DNA of 64,000 nucleotides, taken from the NCBI RefSeq assembly GCF_000009045.1, contig NC_000964.3, forward strand, positions 806,001 through 870,000, written 5' to 3'. Source of the DNA: Bacillus subtilis subsp. subtilis str. 168 (GTDB lineage: Bacteria; Bacillota; Bacilli; Bacillales; Bacillaceae). The notes under the pieces were generated by a model. The model was given only the letters and a program-made list of their open reading frames with translations. It did not search any database and had not been told where the DNA came from. A program made the position numbers and the translations under genes. Shown piece by piece: positions 17,716 to 28,382 of the stretch (positions are counted from its first letter, which is position 1; each line of letters starts with the position of its first letter).

Positions 17716-18717
17716 CTACTGTTTCCTCGCTTCGAATTTCAATAAATATAAGAAATAAGGCGCGCCGATCACGGCTGTCAGTATTCCGGCAGGTATTTCA
17801 ACCGGAGGCATGATGCCGCGCCCTAACGTATCTGCAATTAATAATATAATAGCACCAATCAATGCCGATGCAGGCAGTAAATATTTAGCTTTTTCTCCGG
17901 TAAGCCGTCTGGCGATATGCGGAGCAAGCAAGCCGATAAAACCGATTGAGCCGACGACGGCTACACAGCTTCCCGCCAGCGCCACCGCGGTGAAAATCAG
18001 GATGAATCTCAGCCGGTTTGCGTTTTCTCCGAGACCCTGTGCAAGCTCATCCCCGAGTGACATAAGATCCAGCTTCGGTATGAGTATGCAGACGATCGGA
18101 AAAAGAATCAAAAGCCATGGCGCAAGCAGCTTGACTTCTTCCCAGTTTCTTCCCCAGAGGCTTCCTGTCAGCCAAATGAGTGCAGCATTCACGTCGCCTG
18201 GAAACTTGACCATCATATATTGCATTCCGGCGTGGCAGACCGCGCCTAAAGCAATGCCTGATAAAGCCAGTGAAGAGGGCTGAATGCTCTTTTTTCGGGC
18301 TATCATTAATAATAGTACAGCAATAATGGCGGCTCCGGCAAATGCGGAGAACGGAAGCACGTATACCGGCGACTCAGGAAAGATGAGAATCACAGCCATC
18401 GCCGCAAGTCCGGAGCCTTTTGAAATGCCGACAACGTCCGGGGAAGCGAGCGGATTTCGGATCACACCCTGTAAAATCGCTCCGGCAGCGGCAAGTCCAG
18501 CACCTGCCAAAATCGCTAATATAATGCGGGGAAGGCGATATTGCTGGATGATAAATTCAAAGGAATGATCCAGTCCCAGCAGATTCGTCACTACCGCATC
18601 AGGTGAAATGTATAATGCACCGATTCCAATGCTGATGACGGACAGAACGATTAAAATCACGGCCAATATGAGTATCGCCAGTAAGGGGCGTTTTTGTTTT
18701 CTGGTTGTTTTCTTCAT
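17716..18717 (-). CDS. yfmE: FecCD-family permease, 333 aa
   Basis: RLPRIIL, RNPLASPDVVG, IGFIGLLAPHIAR, EIPAG. Confidence 0.95.
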   Translation of the reverse strand: MKKTTRKQKRPLLAILILAVILIVLSVISIGIGALYISPDAVVTNLLGLDHSFEFIIQQYRLPRIILAILAGAGLAAAGAILQGVIRNPLASPDVVGISKGSGLAAMAVILIFPESPVYVLPFSAFAGAAIIAVLLLMIARKKSIQPSSLALSGIALGAVCHAGMQYMMVKFPGDVNAALIWLTGSLWGRNWEEVKLLAPWLLILFPIVCILIPKLDLMSLGDELAQGLGENANRLRFILIFTAVALAGSCVAVVGSIGFIGLLAPHIARRLTGEKAKYLLPASALIGAIILLIADTLGRGIMPPVEIPAGILTAVIGAPYFLYLLKFEARKQ

Positions 18718-19715
18718 TTCAGGTTTCGCCCTTTCCTTGCCAAATATAAGAAAAACGGCGTTCCGATAATCGCGGTGACAATGCCGACCGGTGATTCATA
18801 AGGAAATGCAATCCATCTGGCCAGAACATCTGCGTACACCAGCAAAATGGCACCGAACAGTGCCGAAAACGGAAGCACGTATTGATAATGTTCTCCGATC
18901 AGCTTGCGGACAATATGCGGGACGAGCAGCCCGACAAAGCCAATCGGCCCGGCGACGGCTACGGAAGCGCCGGAAAGAATTAAAATAATCAAACTGATCA
19001 GAATCCTGATGCCGTTCATATTTTGTCCAAGCCCTTTTGCTGTTTCGTCTCCGAGACCGAGAACAGAAACAGAACCGGAAAATACGAGGGCAAGCCCGAT
19101 GCCAATGACAGAAAAAGGAGCGATGGTTATGACGTCCTGCCAGTTGCTGCCGTCGATTGCGCCTGTCATCCAGTACAGAACATCCTCACCTGACTCATTT
19201 AAAATAATGATGGCCTGTGTCATAGAGGAGAGGAACAAGTGCACGGCCATTCCTGACAGCGCCAGCTTGACAGGCGTCATTCCGCCGGATGAGGCAATCA
19301 TATACACAATCGCGCCGCCTGCTGCCGCACCCGCAAAAGCGAATATAACAGATGAATAGGGCGATGCCGGCAGAATGACGAGAGAAGCAACAACAAAAAG
19401 CGATGCACCCGCATTCACACCGAAAATTTGGGGTGAAGCCAGAGGATTTCTGGTCATAGCCTGCATCAGCGCCCCTGCTACAGCTAGGCTGGCGCCGACA
19501 AAAACGCCGATTAATGTGCGGGGAAGGCGAAGAGTAGAGATGATGAGCTGTTCCTTTGAACCGTCCCATACAAAAAGATATTTCAATGAATCTATGATGC
19601 TGATGTCTGAGGCTCCTACTGAAAGATTCAGCCCAAGCCCAAATATAAAAATAATCAGTGCAATGATAAACATCATCAGTCTTGATGATGAGCGCCGTTT
19701 GGCTGAATGATACAA
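18714..19715 (-). CDS. yfmD: FecCD-family permease, 333 aa
   Basis: RLPRTL, RNPLASPQIFG, IGFVGLLVPHIVR, ESPVG; TTG start after AAGGAAGTGAG. Confidence 0.93.
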   Translation of the reverse strand: MYHSAKRRSSSRLMMFIIALIIFIFGLGLNLSVGASDISIIDSLKYLFVWDGSKEQLIISTLRLPRTLIGVFVGASLAVAGALMQAMTRNPLASPQIFGVNAGASLFVVASLVILPASPYSSVIFAFAGAAAGGAIVYMIASSGGMTPVKLALSGMAVHLFLSSMTQAIIILNESGEDVLYWMTGAIDGSNWQDVITIAPFSVIGIGLALVFSGSVSVLGLGDETAKGLGQNMNGIRILISLIILILSGASVAVAGPIGFVGLLVPHIVRKLIGEHYQYVLPFSALFGAILLVYADVLARWIAFPYESPVGIVTAIIGTPFFLYLARKGRNLK

Positions 19716-19786
19716 CAGTCTCACTTCCTTACTGCGTCTGGTTGCAAAAACGAAGAAGCAAGGATTCCCCTCGCTTCTCATTTGTC

Positions 19787-20734
19787 CTATTTATTATACA
19801 CTTTTTTAAGCACATCTTTGGCGCTTGTTTCACTAGACTTGATGCCTCTGAATCTTGTCCAAGTGTCACGGTCCGCATCATAGACTTGTCCATTTTTCAC
19901 CGCTTTGAGATTTTTCCAGAGCGGGTTCGTTTTCCACTCATCTACAATGGTTTTGCCTTCGTTGGCTGAGATGAACAAAATATCAGGATCGATTTTGCTC
20001 AATTGCTCAAGGCTGACCTCTTGATAGGCGTTATCTGACTTCACAGCGTGTGTAAAGCCTAGCATTTTAAAGATTTCTCCGTCATAGGATGATGATGTAT
20101 GAAGCTGGAAGGAATCCGCTCTTGCAACGCCGAGAACGATGTTGCGGTTTTCATCTTTCGGAAGTTCGGCTTTTAGATCGTTGATGACTTTTTTGTGCTC
20201 GGCAAGCTTTTCTTTTCCTTCATCTTCTTTATTTAATGCTTTAGCAATGGTCGTAAAGCTGTCGATCGTTTCGTCATATGTCGCTTCACGGCTTTTTAAT
20301 TCAATCGTCGGGGCGATTTTTTTCAGCTGTTTATAAATGTTTTTATGGCGCTCAGCGTCAGCGATGATTAAATCAGGCTTCAAGGAACTGATGACCTCAA
20401 GATTGGGTTCGCTGCGTGTGCCTACAGATGTGTAATCAATGGAGCTGCCGACAAGCTTTTTAATCATATCTTTTTTGTTGTCATCTGCGATGCCCACCGG
20501 CGTAATGCCGAGATTGTGAACGGCATCCAAGAATGAAAGCTCAAGCACAACCACCCGCTTAGGTGTGCCGCTTACTGTCGTTTTTCCTTCTTCGTCATGG
20601 ATCACTCTGGAATCCTTAGACTCGCTTTTGCCGCTTCCGTTGTTATTCTGGCTTGATGAACAGCCGGATACAATGAGGCAGGCGAGCAATAAAACACTCA
20701 TGATGGCAATCAACTTGTTAGAATAGGTGCGCAT
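19787..20734 (-). CDS. yfmC: Ferric-citrate-binding lipoprotein, 315 aa
   Basis: Lipobox IVSGC; PKRVVVLE, EPNLEVISSLKPDLII; RBS AAGGAG. Confidence 0.95.
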   Translation of the reverse strand: MRTYSNKLIAIMSVLLLACLIVSGCSSSQNNNGSGKSESKDSRVIHDEEGKTTVSGTPKRVVVLELSFLDAVHNLGITPVGIADDNKKDMIKKLVGSSIDYTSVGTRSEPNLEVISSLKPDLIIADAERHKNIYKQLKKIAPTIELKSREATYDETIDSFTTIAKALNKEDEGKEKLAEHKKVINDLKAELPKDENRNIVLGVARADSFQLHTSSSYDGEIFKMLGFTHAVKSDNAYQEVSLEQLSKIDPDILFISANEGKTIVDEWKTNPLWKNLKAVKNGQVYDADRDTWTRFRGIKSSETSAKDVLKKVYNK

Positions 20735-20758
20735 GTCATTCTTCCTTTTTTCAGATTT

Positions 20759-20779
20759 AGTAATGAGAATCATTATCAC
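20759..20779. promoter_or_regulatory. Fur box upstream of yfmC
   Basis: Minus strand TGATAATGATTCTCATTAC versus consensus GATAATGATWATCATTATC. Confidence 0.88.
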
Positions 20780-20842
20780 ATGTAACACTATAATAGCATG
20801 GCTTATCATGTCAATATTTTTTTAGTAAAGAAAGCTGCGTTT

Positions 20843-21316
<474 letters not shown>

Positions 21317-21392
21317 CTATCACTTTACCATGGACGGAAAACAAATAGCTACTACCATTCCTCCTGTTTTTCTCTTCAATGTTCTGGAATCT

Positions 21393-21417
21393 GTTTCAGG
21401 TACAGACGATCGGGTAT
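21393..21417 (+). promoter_or_regulatory. Sigma-B promoter of yflT
   Basis: GTTTCA-N13-GGGTAT. Confidence 0.85.
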
Positions 21418-21454
21418 GAAAGAAATATAGAAAACATGAAGGAGGAATATCGAC

Positions 21455-21802
21455 ATGAAACCAGTTGTAAAAGAGTATACAAATGACGAACAGCTCATGA
21501 AAGATGTAGAGGAATTGCAGAAAATGGGTGTTGCGAAAGAGGATGTATACGTCTTAGCTCACGACGATGACAGAACGGAACGCCTGGCTGACAACACGAA
21601 CGCCAACACGATCGGAGCCAAAGAAACAGGTTTCAAGCACGCGGTGGGAAATATCTTCAATAAAAAAGGAGACGAGCTCCGCAATAAAATTCACGAAATC
21701 GGTTTTTCTGAAGATGAAGCCGCTCAATTTGAAAAACGCTTAGATGAAGGAAAAGTGCTTCTCTTTGTGACAGATAACGAAAAAGTGAAAGCTTGGGCAT
21801 AA
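21455..21802 (+). CDS. yflT: General stress protein (YflT/17M family), 115 aa
   Basis: MKPVVKEYTNDEQL...EGKVLL; RBS AAGGAGG; sigma-B promoter. Confidence 0.93.
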   Translation: MKPVVKEYTNDEQLMKDVEELQKMGVAKEDVYVLAHDDDRTERLADNTNANTIGAKETGFKHAVGNIFNKKGDELRNKIHEIGFSEDEAAQFEKRLDEGKVLLFVTDNEKVKAWA

Positions 21803-21810
21803 AGCAAGGA

Positions 21811-21848
21811 AAAAACCAAAAGGCCAATGTCGGCCTTTTGGTTTTTTT
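21811..21848 (+). terminator. Intrinsic terminator after yflT
   Basis: AAAAACCAAAAGGCC / GGCCTTTTGGTTTTT. Confidence 0.85.
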
Positions 21849-21884
21849 GCGGTCTTTGCGGTGGGATTTTGCAGAATGCCGCAA
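21847..21884 (+). promoter_or_regulatory. ComA-type binding elements upstream of pel
   Basis: TTGCAG-AATG-CCGCAA at 21869-21884 (consensus TTGCGG-N4-CCGCAA) plus TTGCGG half-sites at 21847 and 21856. Confidence 0.65.
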
Positions 21885-21992
21885 TAGGATAGCGGAACAT
21901 TTTCGGTTCTGAATGTCCCTCAATTTGCTATTATATTTTTGTGATAAATTGGAATAAAATCTCACAAAATAGAAAATGGGGGTACATAGTGG

Positions 21993-23255
21993 ATGAAAAA
22001 AGTGATGTTAGCTACGGCTTTGTTTTTAGGATTGACTCCAGCTGGCGCGAACGCAGCTGATTTAGGCCACCAGACGTTGGGATCCAATGATGGCTGGGGC
22101 GCGTACTCGACCGGCACGACAGGCGGATCAAAAGCATCCTCCTCAAATGTGTATACCGTCAGCAACAGAAACCAGCTTGTCTCGGCATTAGGGAAGGAAA
22201 CGAACACAACGCCAAAAATCATTTATATCAAGGGAACGATTGACATGAACGTGGATGACAATCTGAAGCCGCTTGGCCTAAATGACTATAAAGATCCGGA
22301 GTATGATTTGGACAAATATTTGAAAGCCTATGATCCTAGCACATGGGGCAAAAAAGAGCCGTCGGGAACACAAGAAGAAGCGAGAGCACGCTCTCAGAAA
22401 AACCAAAAAGCACGGGTCATGGTGGATATCCCTGCAAACACGACGATCGTCGGTTCAGGGACTAACGCTAAAGTCGTGGGAGGAAACTTCCAAATCAAGA
22501 GTGATAACGTCATTATTCGCAACATTGAATTCCAGGATGCCTATGACTATTTTCCGCAATGGGATCCGACTGACGGAAGCTCAGGGAACTGGAACTCACA
22601 ATACGACAACATCACGATAAACGGCGGCACACACATCTGGATTGATCACTGTACATTTAATGACGGTTCGCGTCCGGACAGCACATCACCGAAATATTAT
22701 GGAAGAAAATATCAGCACCATGACGGCCAAACGGATGCTTCCAACGGTGCTAACTATATCACGATGTCCTACAACTATTATCACGATCATGATAAAAGCT
22801 CCATTTTCGGATCAAGTGACAGCAAAACCTCCGATGACGGCAAATTAAAAATTACGCTGCATCATAACCGCTATAAAAATATTGTCCAGCGCGCGCCGAG
22901 AGTCCGCTTCGGGCAAGTGCACGTATACAACAACTATTATGAAGGAAGCACAAGCTCTTCAAGTTATCCTTTTAGCTATGCATGGGGAATCGGAAAGTCA
23001 TCTAAAATCTATGCCCAAAACAATGTCATTGACGTACCGGGACTGTCAGCTGCTAAAACGATCAGCGTATTCAGCGGGGGAACGGCTTTATATGACTCCG
23101 GCACGTTGCTGAACGGCACACAGATCAACGCATCGGCTGCAAACGGGCTGAGCTCTTCTGTCGGCTGGACGCCGTCTCTGCATGGATCGATTGATGCTTC
23201 TGCTAATGTGAAATCAAATGTTATAAATCAAGCGGGTGCGGGTAAATTAAATTAA
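21993..23255 (+). CDS. pel: Secreted pectate lyase (PL1), 420 aa
   Basis: Signal peptide ...GANA; WIDHCTF, HHDGQTD, QRAPRVRFG. Confidence 0.97.
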   Translation: MKKVMLATALFLGLTPAGANAADLGHQTLGSNDGWGAYSTGTTGGSKASSSNVYTVSNRNQLVSALGKETNTTPKIIYIKGTIDMNVDDNLKPLGLNDYKDPEYDLDKYLKAYDPSTWGKKEPSGTQEEARARSQKNQKARVMVDIPANTTIVGSGTNAKVVGGNFQIKSDNVIIRNIEFQDAYDYFPQWDPTDGSSGNWNSQYDNITINGGTHIWIDHCTFNDGSRPDSTSPKYYGRKYQHHDGQTDASNGANYITMSYNYYHDHDKSSIFGSSDSKTSDDGKLKITLHHNRYKNIVQRAPRVRFGQVHVYNNYYEGSTSSSSYPFSYAWGIGKSSKIYAQNNVIDVPGLSAAKTISVFSGGTALYDSGTLLNGTQINASAANGLSSSVGWTPSLHGSIDASANVKSNVINQAGAGKLN

Positions 23256-23262
23256 GAAAGTG

Positions 23263-23296
23263 AAAAACACAAAGGGTGCTAACCTTTGTGTTTTTT
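23263..23296 (+). terminator. Intrinsic terminator after pel
   Basis: AAAAACACAAAGG / CCTTTGTGTTTTT. Confidence 0.85.
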
Positions 23297-23381
23297 AATT
23301 AATTAAAATGTTTATTAACTTAGTTAAGGAGTAGAATGGAAAAGGGGATCGGAAAACAAGTATATAGGAGGAGACCTATTT

Positions 23382-24818
23382 ATGGCTTCAGAAAAAGACG
23401 CAGGAAAACAGTCAGCAGTAAAGCTTGTTCCATTGCTTATTACTGTCGCTGTGGGACTAATCATCTGGTTTATTCCCGCTCCGTCCGGACTTGAACCTAA
23501 AGCTTGGCATTTGTTTGCGATTTTTGTCGCAACAATTATCGGCTTTATCTCCAAGCCCTTGCCAATGGGTGCAATTGCAATTTTTGCATTGGCGGTTACT
23601 GCACTAACTGGAACACTATCAATTGAGGATACATTAAGCGGATTCGGGAATAAGACCATTTGGCTTATCGTTATCGCATTCTTTATTTCCCGGGGATTTA
23701 TCAAAACCGGTCTCGGTGCGAGAATTTCGTATGTATTCGTTCAGAAATTCGGAAAAAAAACCCTTGGACTTTCTTATTCACTGCTATTCAGTGATTTAAT
23801 ACTTTCACCTGCTATTCCAAGTAATACGGCGCGTGCAGGAGGCATTATATTTCCTATTATCAGATCATTATCCGAAACATTCGGATCAAGCCCGGCAAAT
23901 GGAACAGAGAGAAAAATCGGTGCATTCTTATTAAAAACCGGTTTTCAGGGGAATCTGATCACATCTGCTATGTTCCTGACAGCGATGGCGGCGAACCCGC
24001 TGATTGCCAAGCTGGCCCATGATGTCGCAGGGGTGGACTTAACATGGACAAGCTGGGCAATTGCCGCGATTGTACCGGGACTTGTAAGCTTAATCATCAC
24101 GCCGCTTGTGATTTACAAACTGTATCCGCCGGAAATCAAAGAAACACCGGATGCGGCGAAAATCGCAACAGAAAAACTGAAAGAAATGGGACCGTTCAAA
24201 AAATCGGAGCTTTCCATGGTTATCGTGTTTCTTTTGGTGCTTGTGCTGTGGATTTTTGGCGGCAGCTTCAACATCGACGCTACCACAACCGCATTGATCG
24301 GTTTGGCCGTTCTCTTATTATCACAAGTTCTGACTTGGGATGATATCAAGAAAGAACAGGGCGCTTGGGATACGCTCACTTGGTTTGCGGCGCTTGTCAT
24401 GCTCGCCAACTTCTTGAATGAATTAGGCATGGTGTCTTGGTTCAGTAATGCCATGAAATCATCCGTATCAGGGTTCTCTTGGATTGTGGCATTCATCATT
24501 TTAATTGTTGTGTATTATTACTCTCACTATTTCTTTGCAAGTGCGACAGCCCACATCAGTGCGATGTATTCAGCATTTTTGGCTGTCGTCGTGGCAGCGG
24601 GCGCACCGCCGCTTTTAGCAGCGCTGAGCCTCGCGTTCATCAGCAACCTGTTCGGGTCAACGACTCACTACGGTTCTGGAGCGGCTCCGGTCTTCTTCGG
24701 AGCAGGCTACATCCCGCAAGGCAAATGGTGGTCCATCGGATTTATCCTGTCGATTGTTCATATCATCGTATGGCTTGTGATCGGCGGATTATGGTGGAAA
24801 GTACTAGGAATATGGTAG
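23382..24818 (+). CDS. yflS: DASS-family di/tricarboxylate (malate/2-oxoglutarate) transporter, 478 aa
   Basis: IPSNTARAGGI, SAMFLTAMAANP, SATAH, THYGSG. Confidence 0.93.
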   Translation: MASEKDAGKQSAVKLVPLLITVAVGLIIWFIPAPSGLEPKAWHLFAIFVATIIGFISKPLPMGAIAIFALAVTALTGTLSIEDTLSGFGNKTIWLIVIAFFISRGFIKTGLGARISYVFVQKFGKKTLGLSYSLLFSDLILSPAIPSNTARAGGIIFPIIRSLSETFGSSPANGTERKIGAFLLKTGFQGNLITSAMFLTAMAANPLIAKLAHDVAGVDLTWTSWAIAAIVPGLVSLIITPLVIYKLYPPEIKETPDAAKIATEKLKEMGPFKKSELSMVIVFLLVLVLWIFGGSFNIDATTTALIGLAVLLLSQVLTWDDIKKEQGAWDTLTWFAALVMLANFLNELGMVSWFSNAMKSSVSGFSWIVAFIILIVVYYYSHYFFASATAHISAMYSAFLAVVVAAGAPPLLAALSLAFISNLFGSTTHYGSGAAPVFFGAGYIPQGKWWSIGFILSIVHIIVWLVIGGLWWKVLGIW

Positions 24819-24822
24819 AAAG

Positions 24823-24851
24823 AAAAAGGCAGACGCGGTCTGCCTTTTTTT
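24823..24851 (+). terminator. Intrinsic terminator after yflS
   Basis: AAAAAGGCAGAC / GTCTGCCTTTTT. Confidence 0.85.
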
Positions 24852-24944
24852 ATTTTCACTCCTTCGTAAGAAAATGGATTTTGAAAAATGAGAAAATTCC
24901 CTGTGAAAAATGGTATGATCTAGGTAGAAAGGACGGCTGGTGCT

Positions 24945-26573
24945 GTGGTGAAAAAGCGGTTCCATTTTTCCCTGCAAACAAAAATAATGGGGCTGATTGC
25001 GGCTCTGCTGGTCTTTGTCATTGGTGTGCTGACCATTACGTTAGCCGTTCAGCATACACAGGGAGAACGGAGACAGGCAGAGCAGCTGGCGGTTCAAACG
25101 GCGAGAACCATTTCCTATATGCCGCCGGTTAAAGAGCTCATTGAGAGAAAAGACGGACATGCGGCTCAGACGCAAGAGGTCATTGAACAAATGAAAGAAC
25201 AGACTGGTGCGTTTGCCATTTATGTTTTGAACGAAAAAGGAGACATTCGCAGCGCCTCTGGAAAAAGCGGATTAAAGAAACTGGAGCGCAGCAGAGAAAT
25301 TTTGTTTGGCGGTTCGCATGTTTCTGAAACAAAAGCGGATGGACGAAGAGTGATCAGAGGGAGCGCGCCGATTATAAAAGAACAGAAGGGATACAGCCAA
25401 GTGATCGGCAGCGTGTCTGTTGATTTTCTGCAAACGGAGACAGAGCAAAGCATCAAAAAGCATTTGAGAAATTTGAGTGTGATTGCTGTGCTTGTACTGC
25501 TGCTCGGATTTATTGGCGCCGCCGTGCTGGCGAAAAGCATCAGAAAGGATACGCTCGGGCTTGAACCGCATGAGATCGCGGCTCTATATCGTGAGAGGAA
25601 CGCAATGCTTTTCGCGATTCGAGAAGGGATTATTGCCACCAATCGTGAAGGCGTCGTCACCATGATGAACGTATCGGCGGCCGAGATGCTGAAGCTGCCC
25701 GAGCCTGTGATCCATCTTCCTATAGATGACGTCATGCCGGGAGCAGGGCTGATGTCTGTGCTTGAAAAAGGAGAAATGCTGCCGAACCAGGAAGTAAGCG
25801 TCAACGATCAAGTGTTTATTATCAATACGAAAGTGATGAATCAAGGCGGGCAGGCGTATGGGATTGTCGTCAGCTTCAGGGAGAAAACAGAGCTGAAGAA
25901 GCTGATCGACACATTGACAGAGGTTCGCAAATATTCAGAGGATCTCAGGGCGCAGACTCATGAATTTTCAAATAAGCTTTATGCGATTTTAGGGCTGCTT
26001 GAGCTTGGGGAGTATGATGAAGCCATTGATCTGATTAAAGAGGAATATGCGATACAAAATGAACAGCATGATCTTTTATTCCATAACATCCATTCGCAGC
26101 AGGTGCAGGCCATTTTGTTAGGGAAAATAAGCAAGGCATCGGAAAAGAAGGTCAAGCTGGTGATTGATGAGAACAGCTCACTCGCGCCTCTTCCTGCGCA
26201 TATCGGCTTGTCCCATCTTATTACGATTATTGGCAATTTAATTGATAACGCTTTCGAAGCTGTAGCGGAGCAAAGCGTGAAGGAAGTTTTGTTTTTTATC
26301 ACGGATATGGGCCATGACATTGTCATTGAAGTATCAGACACAGGGCCCGGTGTGCCGCCAGAGAAAATAGAAGCTGTGTTTGAGAGAGGCTATTCTTCAA
26401 AGGGGATGAGGAGAGGCTACGGTCTGGCCAATGTGAAAGACTCAGTGCGTGAACTGGGCGGCTGGATCGAACTGGCGAATCAAAAAACTGGCGGGGCGGT
26501 ATTCACTGTATTTATACCGAAGGAGAAACAAAGGGGGAATCCATTTGATTCACATCGCGATTGCGGAGGATGA
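24945..26573 (+). CDS. citS: CitA-family sensor histidine kinase, 542 aa
   Basis: Two TM segments, PAS-like region, H box RAQTHEFSNKL, GNLIDNAFEA, DTGPG, GYGL. Confidence 0.95.
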   Translation: MVKKRFHFSLQTKIMGLIAALLVFVIGVLTITLAVQHTQGERRQAEQLAVQTARTISYMPPVKELIERKDGHAAQTQEVIEQMKEQTGAFAIYVLNEKGDIRSASGKSGLKKLERSREILFGGSHVSETKADGRRVIRGSAPIIKEQKGYSQVIGSVSVDFLQTETEQSIKKHLRNLSVIAVLVLLLGFIGAAVLAKSIRKDTLGLEPHEIAALYRERNAMLFAIREGIIATNREGVVTMMNVSAAEMLKLPEPVIHLPIDDVMPGAGLMSVLEKGEMLPNQEVSVNDQVFIINTKVMNQGGQAYGIVVSFREKTELKKLIDTLTEVRKYSEDLRAQTHEFSNKLYAILGLLELGEYDEAIDLIKEEYAIQNEQHDLLFHNIHSQQVQAILLGKISKASEKKVKLVIDENSSLAPLPAHIGLSHLITIIGNLIDNAFEAVAEQSVKEVLFFITDMGHDIVIEVSDTGPGVPPEKIEAVFERGYSSKGMRRGYGLANVKDSVRELGGWIELANQKTGGAVFTVFIPKEKQRGNPFDSHRDCGG

Positions 26574-27225
26574 TTTTCGAGTTGCGCAAATCCATGAGAG
26601 ATTGATTAAACAGCTTGATGGATTCAAGATTATCGGCAAGGCGGCTAACGCAAAAGAGACATTGGCGCTTTTGAAGGAACACAAGGCTGATTTGCTTCTG
26701 CTGGATATTTATATGCCGGACGAGCTTGGGACCGCGTTGATTCCTGATATACGAAGCCGATTTCCTGAAGTGGACATTATGATTATCACAGCGGCAACAG
26801 AAACCCGTCATTTGCAGGAAGCGCTAAGGGCGGGAATTGCCCACTATTTGATCAAACCCGTAACAGCTGACAAGTTCAGGCAGGTGCTGCTTCAGTATAA
26901 AGAAAAAAGGAAGCTGCTCATGTCTCAGCCGGAGGTCAGCCAATCCATGATCGACCATATTTTTGGGAACGGTGTGAAGACAGCTTTGCCGGCAGAGGAT
27001 TTGCCGACTGGCATTAATTCGATTACACTGCGAAAAATTAAGGAAGCGCTTCAGACTGCGTCAGAAGGATTGACAGCGGAGGAACTTGGGGAAAAAATGG
27101 GGGCGTCACGAACAACTGCCCGCCGTTATGCCGAGTACCTTGTGTCAAAGGAAGAAGCAAGAGCCGAGCTTGAATACGGGATTATCGGCAGGCCGGAGAG
27201 AAAATATTATTTGGCGGCGGATTAG
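26545..27225 (+). CDS. citT: CitB-family response regulator, 226 aa
   Basis: [20 protein letters not shown]-terminal [11 protein letters not shown]; TTG start after AGGGGG. Confidence 0.95.
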
Positions 27226-27227
27226 AT

Positions 27228-28187
27228 ATGAAAAAATCTATAATCCTATTGAATATTCTATTGATCTTTATGCAGGGTGATATCAGGCAGGCGGCTGCGC
27301 CGCGCCTGCCGGACGGGCCGATAGAAATTGTCGTCCCTGCCGAACCTTCTGGCGGCTGGGATGTCACAGCGCAGGCGATCCAATCAGTTTTGAGGCAGAA
27401 GCAGATCGTGAAGGATGATGTTCATATCGTCTATAAATCCGGCGGCGGGGGAGAGAAAGGCTGGAAATATGTCAACAAAAGCAGCAAACAAACCATCAGC
27501 ATGACGTCCAGCCTAATATTGAGCAATGATCTTCTCGGGCAAAGCAAATTAAAAATGTCCGATTTTACGCCGCTCGCCATTCTCTCCAAGGAATGGCAGA
27601 CGGTTGCATTGCCAAAAGGATCAGCGTTAACAAATGGCAAGGATGTGCTGAATGAGATCAACATGCATCCCGGCAAGGTGAGAATCGGCTTTGCCCCGGG
27701 GTTTGGCAATGATGATCAGCTCTCGTTCGTCAGAGCGGCAGATATGTACGGCATTGACCCGTTTGACATTCAATTCTCACAGTATGACAGCAGCGAACAG
27801 CTCATTCAGGCGCTGATCAGACATGAGATAGAAGCGGCTTCCATGACACTTTCTGAAGCGAAACCATATGAACGAAACGGCGATATCACGTTAGCCGCTG
27901 TAACGTCTGATAAAAGACTTCCCGGTTTTCCAAATGTACCGACGTGGAAGGAGCAGGGAATCCCGTTTGTTTTTTCTCATTGGAGAGGGATTTTGGGCCC
28001 GAAAAATATGTCTGAGGAAGAGATTTCTTACTGGGATCAAGCGCTAAAGAAGGTCACCTCCTCACCTGAATGGAAGCGGAAAATAAACGAACAGGACTGG
28101 GAAAGCTTTTATTTAAACAGCAGGGAAACGAAACGGTTTTTAGAAGAGCAATCTGCTTTTTATCAAAGCATCATGACAGGAAATTAA
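27228..28187 (+). CDS. yflP: TctC/Bug-family tricarboxylate-binding protein, 319 aa
   Basis: [43 protein letters not shown]. Confidence 0.9.
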
Positions 28188-28212
28188 AATCCCGACATCC
28201 CGGGATTTTTTT
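28187..28212 (+). terminator. Intrinsic terminator after yflP
   Basis: AAAATCCCG / CGGGATTTT followed by T run. Confidence 0.75.
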
Positions 28213-28351
28213 CATGCCGAAAATTGATCAAAAAGAACAAAACGGTTTTAAAAAATTAAAAATACAAAAAAACCAAATTATTTACTTGCGGTTGGTTTTC
28301 CCATACGATGGCAAAAAGGCAAGACAAAAAGGGGAGTAAGGGAGAAAAAAA

Positions 28352-28365
28352 TGTAAGCGGATTCA
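28352..28365 (+). promoter_or_regulatory. CcpA cre site in the citM leader
   Basis: TGTAAGCGGATTCA versus TGWAARCGYTWNCA. Confidence 0.75.
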
Positions 28366-28382
28366 TTTAAGGGGGAATGGAT

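Noticed and set aside
21940-21966. TGTGA...TCACA inverted repeat upstream of pel as a TnrA or CRP-type box
   Set aside because: Spacer is 17 bp, not 7 (TnrA) or 6 (CRP); not assignable
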